This document shows, piece by piece, positions 1 to 8,111 of a stretch of 24,000 nucleotides of DNA (its first letter is position 1; each line of letters begins with the position of its first letter). The position numbers were made by a program, and so were the translations under genes. The notes under the pieces were generated by a model. It was not told the DNA's origin. It saw only the letters and a program-made list of their open reading frames with translations, and did no database searches. This DNA comes from an uncultured archaeon (GTDB lineage Archaea > Thermoproteota > Nitrososphaeria_A > Caldarchaeales > Wolframiiraptoraceae), in assembly GCA_937974645.1 (NCBI GenBank), contig CALJVH010000013.1, positions 1-24,000 on the forward strand, in the 5' to 3' direction.

Positions 1-1088
1 CTATGTATTTCTCGCGCGAGGTCCTCGACCGTCGCGCCCTCGGGCATCAGGTATGCATCTGGTAGTATGCTGCCCTTATGATCTGATAGCTTCTTGACAT
101 CGTAGACCGGGTAGACGGCGCTCATTTTGAGGAGCTTAAAGACCGCGACGTTTAATGCGAACTGCACACCAGTCCTCATATACTCATCCAGAACTTTACG
201 TCTAATTATCTCTAAGGCCCACTTCTGCTTATCCGTCAAGGCTTCTTCGTTAAGGATCTCGAACTTCTCCTCGCCGGGTATGTATTTTATCAAGCCCTTC
301 TGCTCGGCTCTTCTGAGTATCAGCTCCGCCTCCGCGCTGCATGGAACAATTATCTTGTCGACTAGGTTATCCCTAAGCCTCCTAAAGTTTTCGGGCGCGG
401 TATCTAGATCCATCTTGTTAGCGACCACGATTGTCGGCTTCGAGATCTCGCGAAGCGCCGTCACGAACTTACGGTCATCGGAGGGCGTCCAGTTCTCGAA
501 TTCTTTTTTATCTAGCCCCGTGACCTCGAGAGTCTTCTTGATATCCTGTACGGTCACCTTTACTCCCCTGAAAACTTCCTCCATTGCGGCTGGGAGGTCT
601 AAGCCCTTTTTCAGCCCTCTGATGATCTTCTCCTCGGAGCGCTCTAGCAGTTTGATGAACCACATTACCAACTCCTCCTCGATGTCGTAGTAGTCGGCGA
701 GAGGATCCCCTGTCCCGGGTTCAGTTAACCTTCCCTCCTCATCAACGCTTCCACTCGCATCAACAACATGGAGAAGTGCATCCGACTGGGATGCGACGGA
801 AAGGAACTGGTTTCCGAGACCCTTGCCCGCCCAAGCGCCCTTAATTAATCCGGGCAGATCTATGAGCTCTATCGGAATGTGCCTCCACCCATCGATGCAC
901 TTAGAGTTCCTAGGATTATCTTGGACATTAAACTCCCTGCAGACGCATACTGTTACGACATGGGCCGCCCCATAATTGGGCTCTTTCGTCGTGAAGGGAT
1001 AGGTTGATACCTCCGCAGTCCCGAGGGTCGCGGCGTTGAAAAATGTCGTCTTCCCGGTATTCGTCTTGCCTATGAGGCCTATTCTCAC
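1..1088 (-). CDS. Obg/YchF-superfamily GTPase (Ygr210-like), C-terminal end runs off the left edge of the window
   Basis: This gene is absent from the ORF track because it runs off the edge. My reverse-strand translation from GTG 1088 reads VRIGLIGKTNTGKTTFFNAATLG (G1 P-loop), followed later by DLPGL (G3) and NKMD (G4). The frame stays open to base 1. A TATA-like TTTATC (plus 1118-1123) lies 29 nt upstream. In-frame TTG codons at 1091 and 1097 are alternative starts. Confidence 0.8.
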   Translation of the reverse strand, partial: MRIGLIGKTNTGKTTFFNAATLGTAEVSTYPFTTKEPNYGAAHVVTVCVCREFNVQDNPRNSKCIDGWRHIPIELIDLPGLIKGAWAGKGLGNQFLSVASQSDALLHVVDASGSVDEEGRLTEPGTGDPLADYYDIEEELVMWFIKLLERSEEKIIRGLKKGLDLPAAMEEVFRGVKVTVQDIKKTLEVTGLDKKEFENWTPSDDRKFVTALREISKPTIVVANKMDLDTAPENFRRLRDNLVDKIIVPCSAEAELILRRAEQKGLIKYIPGEEKFEILNEEALTDKQKWALEIIRRKVLDEYMRTGVQFALNVAVFKLLKMSAVYPVYDVKKLSDHKGSILPDAYLMPEGATVEDLAREIH

Positions 1089-1179
1089 CAAAGCCAAGCT
1101 TAAGGGCTCACCTCAAAGATAAAGGGAGAGGCTTATAGAAAACTTTATTCCCACCTGGTTTTAAGAGTCCGGCCCTCAT

Positions 1180-1278
1180 TTAAAGCAGGGCTACGAATAG
1201 GAGTATTGCTAGGAGTAGCGTATTCAGGGCTATTAGGGCCGTGAGCTTTATCCGCGAGAGTAGTGACCCCCGCTCCAT
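1180..1278 (-). CDS. candidate 32-aa hydrophobic micropeptide (MERGSLLSRIKLTALIALNTLLLAILLFVALL)
   Basis: The ORF runs from ATG 1278 to TAA 1180-1182 and is too short for the ORF track. It encodes one predicted membrane-spanning helix. An ATTAAA box (plus 1307-1312) lies 28 nt upstream of the ATG, matching the promoter spacing seen elsewhere in the window. There is no homology evidence. Confidence 0.3.
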   Translation of the reverse strand: MERGSLLSRIKLTALIALNTLLLAILLFVALL

Positions 1279-1391
1279 CCTTTGATTAGACTACATCTTA
1301 TGCATGGTTTAATCCTTGTGATTCTAGAGCGGTGGCATCCATATTCTGGACTGTATTCTAGTAATTCTAAAAAATTGTCTATTCGCCTACA

Positions 1392-1973
1392 TCATTCTTG
1401 AACATGTTCCTGCCTACTCTCATCGCCTTGAGCAGGCTCCTCTAGGGGGAACTCAAGAACCGATTTTAGGAGGTTTTGCTGATCTACCTCGACCTTCGTC
1501 CGCCAGCCCACCACGAGCACGTCGTCATCGGTTTTCTCGAGATAGCCTCGCCGAATCGCTCTCTCAATATATGTCTCGGCCTTCCATCTTGGCAGCTTTG
1601 CCTCTAGGACCTCTAGCACATCTCTTAGAGGCGCCTTGCCACCCCTGCTAGCTAGTATTGATAGGGCTACGGCGAGGGCCGCGACCTCATCTATGCTCCA
1701 TCCAGCAGCCACAAGATCCGATAAGGTTTGTTGATGGGATAATACGATGTAGAACTTAGCCTTATCAAGGTCTTCACCCTCCTCGAGGACCGTCTTCACC
1801 TCGAGCCCCATCCTCTTGAGATAGGAGTTCAGGGCATCGATGACCTTCATGTAATTTTTGCCGAGCTTCTGCTTCAGCTCCCATCCCTTGACGCCAGGCT
1901 TGCGGTGGCTCCGGAAGAGAAGCATCGCGGCCGCGGTTGCCAGCTTCCTCGAGAAGCCCTCATCGCTGCTCAT
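1392..1973 (-). CDS. ScpB/kite-like tandem winged-helix protein (putative SMC-kleisin accessory subunit)
   Basis: The 193-aa protein has two winged-helix-like halves. The first is AAAMLLFRSHRKPGVKGWELKQKLG...LKRMGLEVKTV...FYIVLS. The second is ALAVALSILASRGGKAPLRDVLEVL...RRGYLEKTDD..VLVVGWRTKVEV. This pattern resembles ScpB and MAGE/Nse3 family proteins. The gene starts 7 nt after the kleisin-like stop, with a GGAG upstream. Confidence 0.5.
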   Translation of the reverse strand: MSSDEGFSRKLATAAAMLLFRSHRKPGVKGWELKQKLGKNYMKVIDALNSYLKRMGLEVKTVLEEGEDLDKAKFYIVLSHQQTLSDLVAAGWSIDEVAALAVALSILASRGGKAPLRDVLEVLEAKLPRWKAETYIERAIRRGYLEKTDDDVLVVGWRTKVEVDQQNLLKSVLEFPLEEPAQGDESRQEHVQE

Positions 1974-1980
1974 GGTCGCA

Positions 1981-2733
1981 TCAACTCCTCAGGGTTATTA
2001 CGAGGGAAGCTGGCCGCTTTCTCTCCGACTTCTCCCTCCTGGGTATCAGCTTTATCTCATTCTTCAAGGGATTCCTCTTGACGTCGACATAGCCGTTCGT
2101 TATCAGGAAGCTTAGGAGGTATGCCCGCTCGAATGTCTCCTCGAAGCGCCTATCCTGCACGAACTCCCAGTAATCTAGCTCGCCCTCGAGCTCATATCTC
2201 TCGACTAACTCTCTGTGAAGCTGCTCGAGCTTCTCAGCCAATCCTTCCTCGAGATCCAAGCTTCCTTTCACATGCTCGACCTCTCTCTGGGAGACTTTCC
2301 AGCCTAGGCTTCTCACACTAGCCCTCGGCGGCAGGCTGAGGAAATGCTCAACCCCCCGCCTGATCCTGTGAATTGTTATCTGTTCTAGGGAGATTATAGG
2401 CTTCCAAGACTTTAGGAATGCCCTGACTATGGACTTATTGTCGAGCGCGATGAGCCGCGTTTGGATCATTTGAGCATCTATGAAGAGGGATTGAGCCCGC
2501 TCTCTAAGCCACTTGTGCTGAAGAGCGATTAAGGTAGCTATCTTATACATCGTCTCGGCATCTAGGATGTAGTGATCGAGGCCGCCGCCCTCCTCGAGGA
2601 GCTTTCTGAGCCTCTCCAAGAGCGTTCTCACGTTGACCGTGAAAGGGTCCAGCCCCCTCTTCTCGATGTTCTCGCAGATTTTTATTATCCTCTCAAGCTC
2701 CTCTCTCGATACCTTAAATGATTTCGAGGACAT
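1981..2733 (-). CDS. ScpA/kleisin-like protein
   Basis: The 250-aa protein has an N-terminal helical segment (LDPFTVNVRTLLERL...MYKIATLIALQHKWL). It has a C-terminal winged-helix-like segment (AYLLSFLITNGYVDVKRNPLKNEIKLI). Both are arranged as in ScpA. Its ATG overlaps the TAA of the upstream SMC-like gene (TAATG at 2731-2735). Confidence 0.5.
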   Translation of the reverse strand: MSSKSFKVSREELERIIKICENIEKRGLDPFTVNVRTLLERLRKLLEEGGGLDHYILDAETMYKIATLIALQHKWLRERAQSLFIDAQMIQTRLIALDNKSIVRAFLKSWKPIISLEQITIHRIRRGVEHFLSLPPRASVRSLGWKVSQREVEHVKGSLDLEEGLAEKLEQLHRELVERYELEGELDYWEFVQDRRFEETFERAYLLSFLITNGYVDVKRNPLKNEIKLIPRREKSERKRPASLVITLRS

Positions 2734-4490
2734 TACTCCGGCCTCCCGATTACAGATTTACCACCAATATTCTGCACTAGGATAACGTTTACGCCCTCCT
2801 TCACGGGGATCTTTCCGGGAGTAATTATTATGTACTGGGATCTCGGCTCTTGCTCGGCCACATTCATCAGGAGCTTTATCATCCTCTCGCGGTTTAGGGG
2901 GTCTAGGTGGACGTCAAACTCGTCAACCGCTCTGAAAGGTGACTTGATGTATCTCTGGAGGGCTAGAAGGAACGCGAGCGTCCCAACAATTCTCTCTCCA
3001 CCACTATGCGTTTGAGCGTCAAGTAGAACCGGCTCGGCGCCCCGGAACCCGACATGAAGCTCTATGCTGGCCTTCTCGGGGTCCTCCAAGTTTCTCAACA
3101 CTATCCTGCCGGCGCCATCGACTATCGAGAGAATAGAATAGAACTTGGGCTCCACTTCCTTCACCAGCTCTCTCAGGAATTTTCTCCAGAGTTCCTTCCT
3201 GTACTCAAGCTCTTCCATCGCCTTTTTCAGGTTCTCCTCGAGCTCCGCGGACTTCTGCTCGGTCTCCCTATACTTCGCATCGGCAACGAGATACATGTCT
3301 TCAGCCTCTTCAAACACTTCCCCAAGAGATGCTATCTGGAGCCCAATAGATCGCACATCTTCGAGTATCTCCGAAGGTTTTCTTGAGGTCTTAACCCTCT
3401 CACCAAGGGCTGAAGCATTCCTGATCTTTTCCATGAGGTCTTTCTCGATCCTATTGAGTTCGTAGCCGAGCCTTTTCTGTTCCGATCTATTCTCCTGAAG
3501 TCTGTACTTCGCAACTTCAGCGAGTCCCTTCTCATCTAGGAGAATATCCAAGTCCTTCTCGAAGCCTTCTAGGTTCACGAGCTCGCCGCGCTTGACCGCA
3601 TCTATCAGGCTCAGGAGCTTCCGTCTAACACTCTCCACCTCGCCCTCATGATACTCTATCTCCCCTAGGAGCTTTCTTTCCTCGAGCATGAGCGCCTCGA
3701 TCCTCTCCCTGAGCTTATTCGCTGATAACTCGGCCTCCGAGACAAGTGCCCAAGCATGCTCGAGCTCGAGCCTCCTCCTCTCCTCCTCGAGCCTTCTCTT
3801 CATCACGAGCTTCTCATACTGCTCCTTCCAGTAATCTACCGCGGCCTTGGCCTCCTCTAGCGCTCTTTTCAAGCTCTTCTCCTGCGCTTGTATATCCCTA
3901 AGCTTCACCTCCGCTTCAATTATCCTCTGCCTGAACTGTGATGCGCCAACTGCATCCTCAATCATCCTTAGCTTCTCGACGCTATTCTTCGAAGCGAACT
4001 CCTCGATCATGTTCTGATGCATTATTATCAGCATGTTGTTCGGGTTGATCCCTAGCCTTCTCAAGAGATGATCCACCTCTGCCTTTGTTTTGAGCCTATT
4101 ATTGACGTAATGCCAGTATTCGCCGGTCCTCTTCAAGTATCGCGTTATCACGAGCTGGTCTGATTGCAACCAGGAGATCGGCTTCTTCCCATCGGCCTCA
4201 GCATTGTCGAAGATTACCGTTAGCCTCGCGGCCTTTTCACCTCTCCTTATCAGGTCGCTGAGCTTTCCAGCCCTATCCGTATACGTTTGGCCGAGGGCCA
4301 CGGCTATCCCGAGAAGGATCGAGGACTTTCCAGCACCATTAGGGCCAGTAATTACATTGAGCCCTGGGGAGAGAGTGATTCTAGAATACTCATGGCTCAT
4401 AAAATTCTCCAAGATGACTTCGCGAATATGAGTGCCGGTGGGTTTGGAAATTTCTTCCAGCGCGCCGGCGGATTTCTCGTCTGATGCCAT
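2733..4490 (-). CDS. short SMC-family ABC ATPase (585 aa) with Smc5/6-like head motifs, no hinge and no zinc hook
   Basis: Recognisable head motifs are Walker A GPNGAGKSS, a Q-loop-like MHQNMIEEF, the signature HSGGER, and Walker B/D-loop SPFRAVDEFDVHLD. About 280 central residues are heptad-rich and charged. There is no cysteine anywhere in the protein. Confidence 0.8.
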   Translation of the reverse strand: MASDEKSAGALEEISKPTGTHIREVILENFMSHEYSRITLSPGLNVITGPNGAGKSSILLGIAVALGQTYTDRAGKLSDLIRRGEKAARLTVIFDNAEADGKKPISWLQSDQLVITRYLKRTGEYWHYVNNRLKTKAEVDHLLRRLGINPNNMLIIMHQNMIEEFASKNSVEKLRMIEDAVGASQFRQRIIEAEVKLRDIQAQEKSLKRALEEAKAAVDYWKEQYEKLVMKRRLEEERRRLELEHAWALVSEAELSANKLRERIEALMLEERKLLGEIEYHEGEVESVRRKLLSLIDAVKRGELVNLEGFEKDLDILLDEKGLAEVAKYRLQENRSEQKRLGYELNRIEKDLMEKIRNASALGERVKTSRKPSEILEDVRSIGLQIASLGEVFEEAEDMYLVADAKYRETEQKSAELEENLKKAMEELEYRKELWRKFLRELVKEVEPKFYSILSIVDGAGRIVLRNLEDPEKASIELHVGFRGAEPVLLDAQTHSGGERIVGTLAFLLALQRYIKSPFRAVDEFDVHLDPLNRERMIKLLMNVAEQEPRSQYIIITPGKIPVKEGVNVILVQNIGGKSVIGRPE

Positions 4491-4518
4491 CTTCTCTAAG
4501 GCGTCTGAGACATCCCCG

Positions 4519-4524
4519 TATTAA
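4519..4524 (-). promoter_or_regulatory. TATA-like box (TTAATA) for the SMC-like operon
   Basis: The box lies 28 nt upstream of ATG 4490. The same spacing recurs at other genes in the window. Confidence 0.4.
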
Positions 4525-4668
4525 GGGATATGCTCATAGATGCATAGGGGCATTATCGCGAAAATCTCCCCGGATTATCTGGGCGGCCAGATTTATCGGG
4601 ATAAAAGCTATTTTAAGATGCTCTGCAGAATCCTTCAACGGGAGAAATAATTCATAAATGGATGGTGG

Positions 4669-5079
4669 ATGCTTGTGGAGATTGACGTCAAGACGACGCT
4701 CGAGAAGTTTAGGAGGTTCATGATACTGAATACCTGCTATTCCTTCATTCCGAAGGGTTATTTCAAAGATCCATCCATCTTCCCGGAGAGAGAGCCCCCT
4801 GGGAGAATACATGTGGAGGCGCTCTCGAAGCTTAGCCTAGAAGTGATTAGGGAGATAAGGTTCGTTAAGGCTTACGAGGTTCTTGGAATCATATATAATT
4901 CCAAGAGCGGGAATACCAACCTAATCTGGAGACAAGTCAAGGGAACTATTGGAAGGGCTTCGGGTAAAGCCTCCCCAAATTCCATTGTGAACCTGATAGA
5001 AGCTGAAGTTCTCCCAAAATCTTATGTGAAGAAATTCCTCAAGGAGCTTGAGACTCGGCCTGGATCAGAGGAGACGTAG
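4669..5079 (+). CDS. hypothetical protein (136 aa)
   Basis: Codon usage (GAG, AAG, AGG/AGA) matches the neighbouring genes, unlike the overlapping minus-strand ORF. No family was recognised. The promoter and start are less clear than for other genes. The 3' end overlaps amzA by 15 nt in a convergent arrangement. Confidence 0.45.
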   Translation: MLVEIDVKTTLEKFRRFMILNTCYSFIPKGYFKDPSIFPEREPPGRIHVEALSKLSLEVIREIRFVKAYEVLGIIYNSKSGNTNLIWRQVKGTIGRASGKASPNSIVNLIEAEVLPKSYVKKFLKELETRPGSEET

Positions 5080-5580
5080 CTTTGTAAGACATCGCTTACA
5101 AGGCATGTTCATTTTGTAATCTGTATCAATTATCGAATTGCTGAATGCCATTACGCATCTTCTATCGCTGCAATGGGTTAGCCCATGGAGGTGGCCTACC
5201 TCATGCACGACTTCCTTTAACACTCTCTCCTTGAAGAGTTCGCGGTCGGATTGTTGGCCATAGAATTCGGGGAAGAGCCTGTGGACGGATATTATTGCCA
5301 CACCCCTCCAAGCAAGCCCGAAGACAAAATTCAGTCCCGCTGCATAAAGATCCTTATCCGTTATCAGAAGTATATACTCATTCTCGCCGAGTATTCCGCG
5401 ATAGTATTGGACTATCTTCCATGCATCATATTGGCCCCTATCAGGGTTAAGAAAATCTTCCCCAATCAGATCCTCGGCGAGCTGTATCTCAACCTCTCCG
5501 TCATAAACTTCTTCCAGTATTTTGGCAACCGCTTCAAGCACCTCGTCATCCATGATGTCTGAAATTACTTTTATTCTCAC
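5065..5580 (-). CDS. amzA: archaemetzincin (zinc metallopeptidase)
   Basis: The sequence HEVGHLHGLTHCSDRRCVMAF...PCKRC matches the archaemetzincin signature HExxHxxGxxHCxxxxCxM...CxxC. Confidence 0.9.
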   Translation of the reverse strand: MRIKVISDIMDDEVLEAVAKILEEVYDGEVEIQLAEDLIGEDFLNPDRGQYDAWKIVQYYRGILGENEYILLITDKDLYAAGLNFVFGLAWRGVAIISVHRLFPEFYGQQSDRELFKERVLKEVVHEVGHLHGLTHCSDRRCVMAFSNSIIDTDYKMNMPCKRCLTKLRLL

Positions 5581-5581
5581 T

Positions 5582-6115
5582 TTAATCCCTCCTAGGTCTT
5601 CTCCTCAGCTTATGGCCGCATCGCGGGCATGGGTTACCCGGCTTATCATATCCAACCCATCCGCAAGCCCCGCAATAAACCTCCCAAGTTATGACCTCCC
5701 TTATACCTTGATGGAGTATGGGCTTAACTTTTAGCCCCAACTTGGAGGCCAAGTTCTGGATCGAGTAATCGGAGGTGAGGATGCACGTGTCCCAGCCTAG
5801 CTTCGATGCCTGCAATGCGAGTGCGAGAACGCTGATATCGGCTTCAGAGAGCTCGATCTCGCCAAGCTTACGTGCTGCTTCTCGAGCCTTCTCCACATAC
5901 ACCGGCTCAGGCTCCATCACTTTTATTGATCCGCCTTCTTGGGCGGCGAGAACCCTATATCTTGCCTCGCGATCCCTAGCCTCCTCTAACACCTTGCTCG
6001 ATGTCACAGCAACCGCGTCTTCCACTTGTGTGAAGCCCAAGATCAGGGCTGCCGCATCCAATACGATAATTCTCTTAGCTGAGCTTCTTTCTAATTCGTC
6101 TCGCAAGTCCTCCAC
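5582..6115 (-). CDS. nob1: Nob1-like PIN-domain endoribonuclease with C-terminal zinc ribbon
   Basis: The N-terminal PIN-like region contains IIVLDAAALILG, LSEADISVLALA and LTSDYSIQN. The C-terminal zinc ribbon is CGACG...CPRCG. Size and architecture match archaeal Nob1. Confidence 0.7.
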   Translation of the reverse strand: MEDLRDELERSSAKRIIVLDAAALILGFTQVEDAVAVTSSKVLEEARDREARYRVLAAQEGGSIKVMEPEPVYVEKAREAARKLGEIELSEADISVLALALQASKLGWDTCILTSDYSIQNLASKLGLKVKPILHQGIREVITWEVYCGACGWVGYDKPGNPCPRCGHKLRRRPRRD

Positions 6116-6884
6116 CCGGCCTCAGCCTGAGGAAGGCGACGCGCCTACTCGACATGCTCACTGTAATCACTATCGATTTTTTGTCAAATTTCTTCAGACG
6201 GTAGCCATCTATCAGGATCGAGAAGCCGTAGTCGCCGCCTGCCACCACCTCTATCCCACGCTCAAGAGAAAGTACTATGGGCTTGAGACCCGTGATTGGG
6301 CAGATTGGAGTAAGGATCGCAGCTCCCAGAGCATCATCAACTATCGGGCCTCCGGCTGAGAAGCTGTAAGCCGTCGAGCCTATCGGAGTCGCGATTATTA
6401 AGCCATCCGCCAACCCCTCAGCAAGTTTCTCGTCATCTACCCTTACCTCGAAGCTCAGCGTCTTTCCCAAGACTTGAGATGCGATATATGCCTCATTGAG
6501 CGCATCACCGATCTTCTCGCCATCTACAGCTATTGAGAGAAGCATTTCGTGCTCCACCAGATAGTTTCCTGCGAAAATTCTTCTCATAGCTTCCTCGAGC
6601 TCTTCCGCCTCAACCTCGGTGAGGTAGCCGCCTCTCCCAAAGTTTACGCCGAGAATCGGGGTCTCGGAGCCCGGTAATGCTCCAACGGTCTTCAGTATCG
6701 TGCCATCACCTCCCAGGGTGATTACCAGTGAAGCCTTCTCGGGAAGGGGCTCACTGGCAAGCTTCGAGGCGCTGTAGATCTCGGCGGCCACACCTCTGCC
6801 CTCCAAAATCTGCTTAGCCTTCTCTGCCGCCTCTCGCGCCCTCGGATTCCGCTCAGTATAGACTAGCGCGTAGAACTCGCCCAT
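6075..6884 (-). CDS. nadK: NAD kinase
   Basis: The motifs LGGDGTILK, NEAY and GSTAYSFSAGGPIV are characteristic of the NAD kinase family. Confidence 0.9.
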   Translation of the reverse strand: MGEFYALVYTERNPRAREAAEKAKQILEGRGVAAEIYSASKLASEPLPEKASLVITLGGDGTILKTVGALPGSETPILGVNFGRGGYLTEVEAEELEEAMRRIFAGNYLVEHEMLLSIAVDGEKIGDALNEAYIASQVLGKTLSFEVRVDDEKLAEGLADGLIIATPIGSTAYSFSAGGPIVDDALGAAILTPICPITGLKPIVLSLERGIEVVAGGDYGFSILIDGYRLKKFDKKSIVITVSMSSRRVAFLRLRPGGGLARRIRKKLS

Positions 6885-6910
6885 CCGATCTCATCTCTTT
6901 AATGGGGCGG

Positions 6911-6946
6911 TTAATTTAGGTTCTCTCCGGCGAGCACCTTTAATTA
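6911..6946. promoter_or_regulatory. divergent TATA-like boxes for nadK (TAAATTAA on minus, 6911-6918) and purP (TTTAATTA, 6939-6946)
   Basis: The boxes lie 26 nt and 25 nt upstream of ATG 6884 and ATG 6972 respectively. This is consistent with leaderless transcripts. Confidence 0.5.
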
Positions 6947-6971
6947 GGTGTTGGACTCCAGCATTTGAGCC

Positions 6972-8111
6972 ATGAGTGGTAAGGATGAGATAGCCTCGAT
7001 AATCAAGGGTTATTCTAAGGATGATCTCAGGATCGGGGTTCTCGGAAGCCATTCAGCCCTCGAGATATGCAGGGGCGCAAAGGATGAAGGCTTCAAGACA
7101 ATCGTCGTCTGCGAGAGGGGGAGGGAGAAGACTTACACCAAATACTATAGGGCTAGGATGATGTTTGGCCGCGAGGTCGGCGTCGTCAACGAGGTAATTG
7201 TTCTCGACAAGTTCAGGGAGATTCTCCGCGACGAGGTGCAGGAGGAGCTTAAGTCCAGGAACACAATATTCATTCCCCATAGATCTCTCTGCGTCTACGT
7301 GGGTTACCGGGCTCTGGAGAAGGAGTTCAGGGTGCCCATGTTCGGGAACAGGTTCCTCCTGAAGATCGAGGAGCGGGATGTGGAGCGCAACCAGTATTAT
7401 TTGATGGAGAGAGCCGGGATCCCTCATCCGAGAGTCTTCAAGGATCCATCAAAGATCGATAGGCTCGTGCTTGTTAAAGCTCCGGAGGCGGCGAGGGGGT
7501 TTGAGAGAGCATTCTTCTTGGCCTCTTCGCCCAAGGAGTTTGAGGAGAAAGCTGAGGATCTTATCCGGAGGGGCGTCCTGACCAGGGAGGGGCTTGAAAG
7601 AGCTGTGATCGAAGAGTTTATCGTCGGCGCACCATTCAACTTCAACTTCTTCTACTCCCCGCTCACTGGAGAGGTCGAGCTCCTCGGCGTGGATACGCGG
7701 AGGCAGACGAACCTTGAGGGTATCATGAGGATACCCGCGCCATATCAGGCTGAGGCCCTCAGGCACCTAGAGCTCAAGACCATCGAGGTCGGCCACATAG
7801 CCTGCACTGTTAGGGAGTCTCTCCTCGAGAGGGCGTTCGAGCTGGCTGAGAAGCTCTTGGAGACTGCGAGAGATGAGTATCCTCCGGGGATCATAGGCCC
7901 CTTCGCGCTCCAGAGCATGATTGTTCCTGGCCCGCCGCATGAGGACATAGTGGTCTATGATCTGAGCGTCAGGGTCCCCGGATCGCCTGGAACAAAGTTC
8001 ACGCCATACTCCGAGAACTTGTGGAACTTCCCGATGAGTGTTGGGAGGAGGATCGCGGTCGAGATCAGGGAATCCTTAAAGCAGGATAGGCTCCTCGATC
8101 TCGTAACATGA
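6972..8111 (+). CDS. purP: PurP-family ATP-grasp enzyme (FAICAR synthetase family), paralog 1
   Basis: The N-terminus IGVLGSHSALEICRGAKDEGF and the C-terminal regions IGPFALQS and SVRVPGS...MSVGRRIA are typical of archaeal PurP. The glycine-rich loop is replaced by PEAARGFERAFF. Confidence 0.8.
   Translation: MSGKDEIASIIKGYSKDDLRIGVLGSHSALEICRGAKDEGFKTIVVCERGREKTYTKYYRARMMFGREVGVVNEVIVLDKFREILRDEVQEELKSRNTIFIPHRSLCVYVGYRALEKEFRVPMFGNRFLLKIEERDVERNQYYLMERAGIPHPRVFKDPSKIDRLVLVKAPEAARGFERAFFLASSPKEFEEKAEDLIRRGVLTREGLERAVIEEFIVGAPFNFNFFYSPLTGEVELLGVDTRRQTNLEGIMRIPAPYQAEALRHLELKTIEVGHIACTVRESLLERAFELAEKLLETARDEYPPGIIGPFALQSMIVPGPPHEDIVVYDLSVRVPGSPGTKFTPYSENLWNFPMSVGRRIAVEIRESLKQDRLLDLVT

Noticed and set aside
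127-690. 187-aa plus-strand ORF (Ser/Leu-rich) from the ORF track
   Set aside because: It lies entirely antisense to the well-supported GTPase gene (1-1088, minus). It has a low-complexity composition and no motifs. It is a typical shadow ORF.
4534-4812. 92-aa minus-strand ORF overlapping the 5' part of the 4669-5079 plus-strand ORF
   Set aside because: It uses mostly CGN Arg and GAA Glu codons, whereas the window's genes strongly prefer AGG/AGA and GAG. It has no TATA-like box at the expected distance. The plus-strand ORF matches the local codon usage, so I kept that one, at modest confidence.
6075-6115. The 41-nt overlap between the nadK 3' end and the nob1 5' end as a sign of a frameshift or mis-called start
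   Set aside because: Both proteins align to their families over their full lengths as I read them. No alternative downstream canonical start exists before the PIN-domain core. The overlap is unusual but not evidence of disruption.
5775-6359. Long antisense ORFs from the track opposite confirmed genes. Examples are 5775-6359 (+), 7053-7427 (-), 8189-8587 (-), 9735-10274 (+), 10448-10795 (-), 11121-11441 (+), 17562-17747 (+), 18091-18345 (+), 19813-20193 (-), 21041-21298 (+) and 23029-23472 (+).
   Set aside because: Each lies opposite a gene with clear family motifs. They have Ser/Pro/Arg/Leu-rich low-complexity translations and no recognisable domains. They are shadow ORFs expected in moderately GC-rich, codon-biased DNA.
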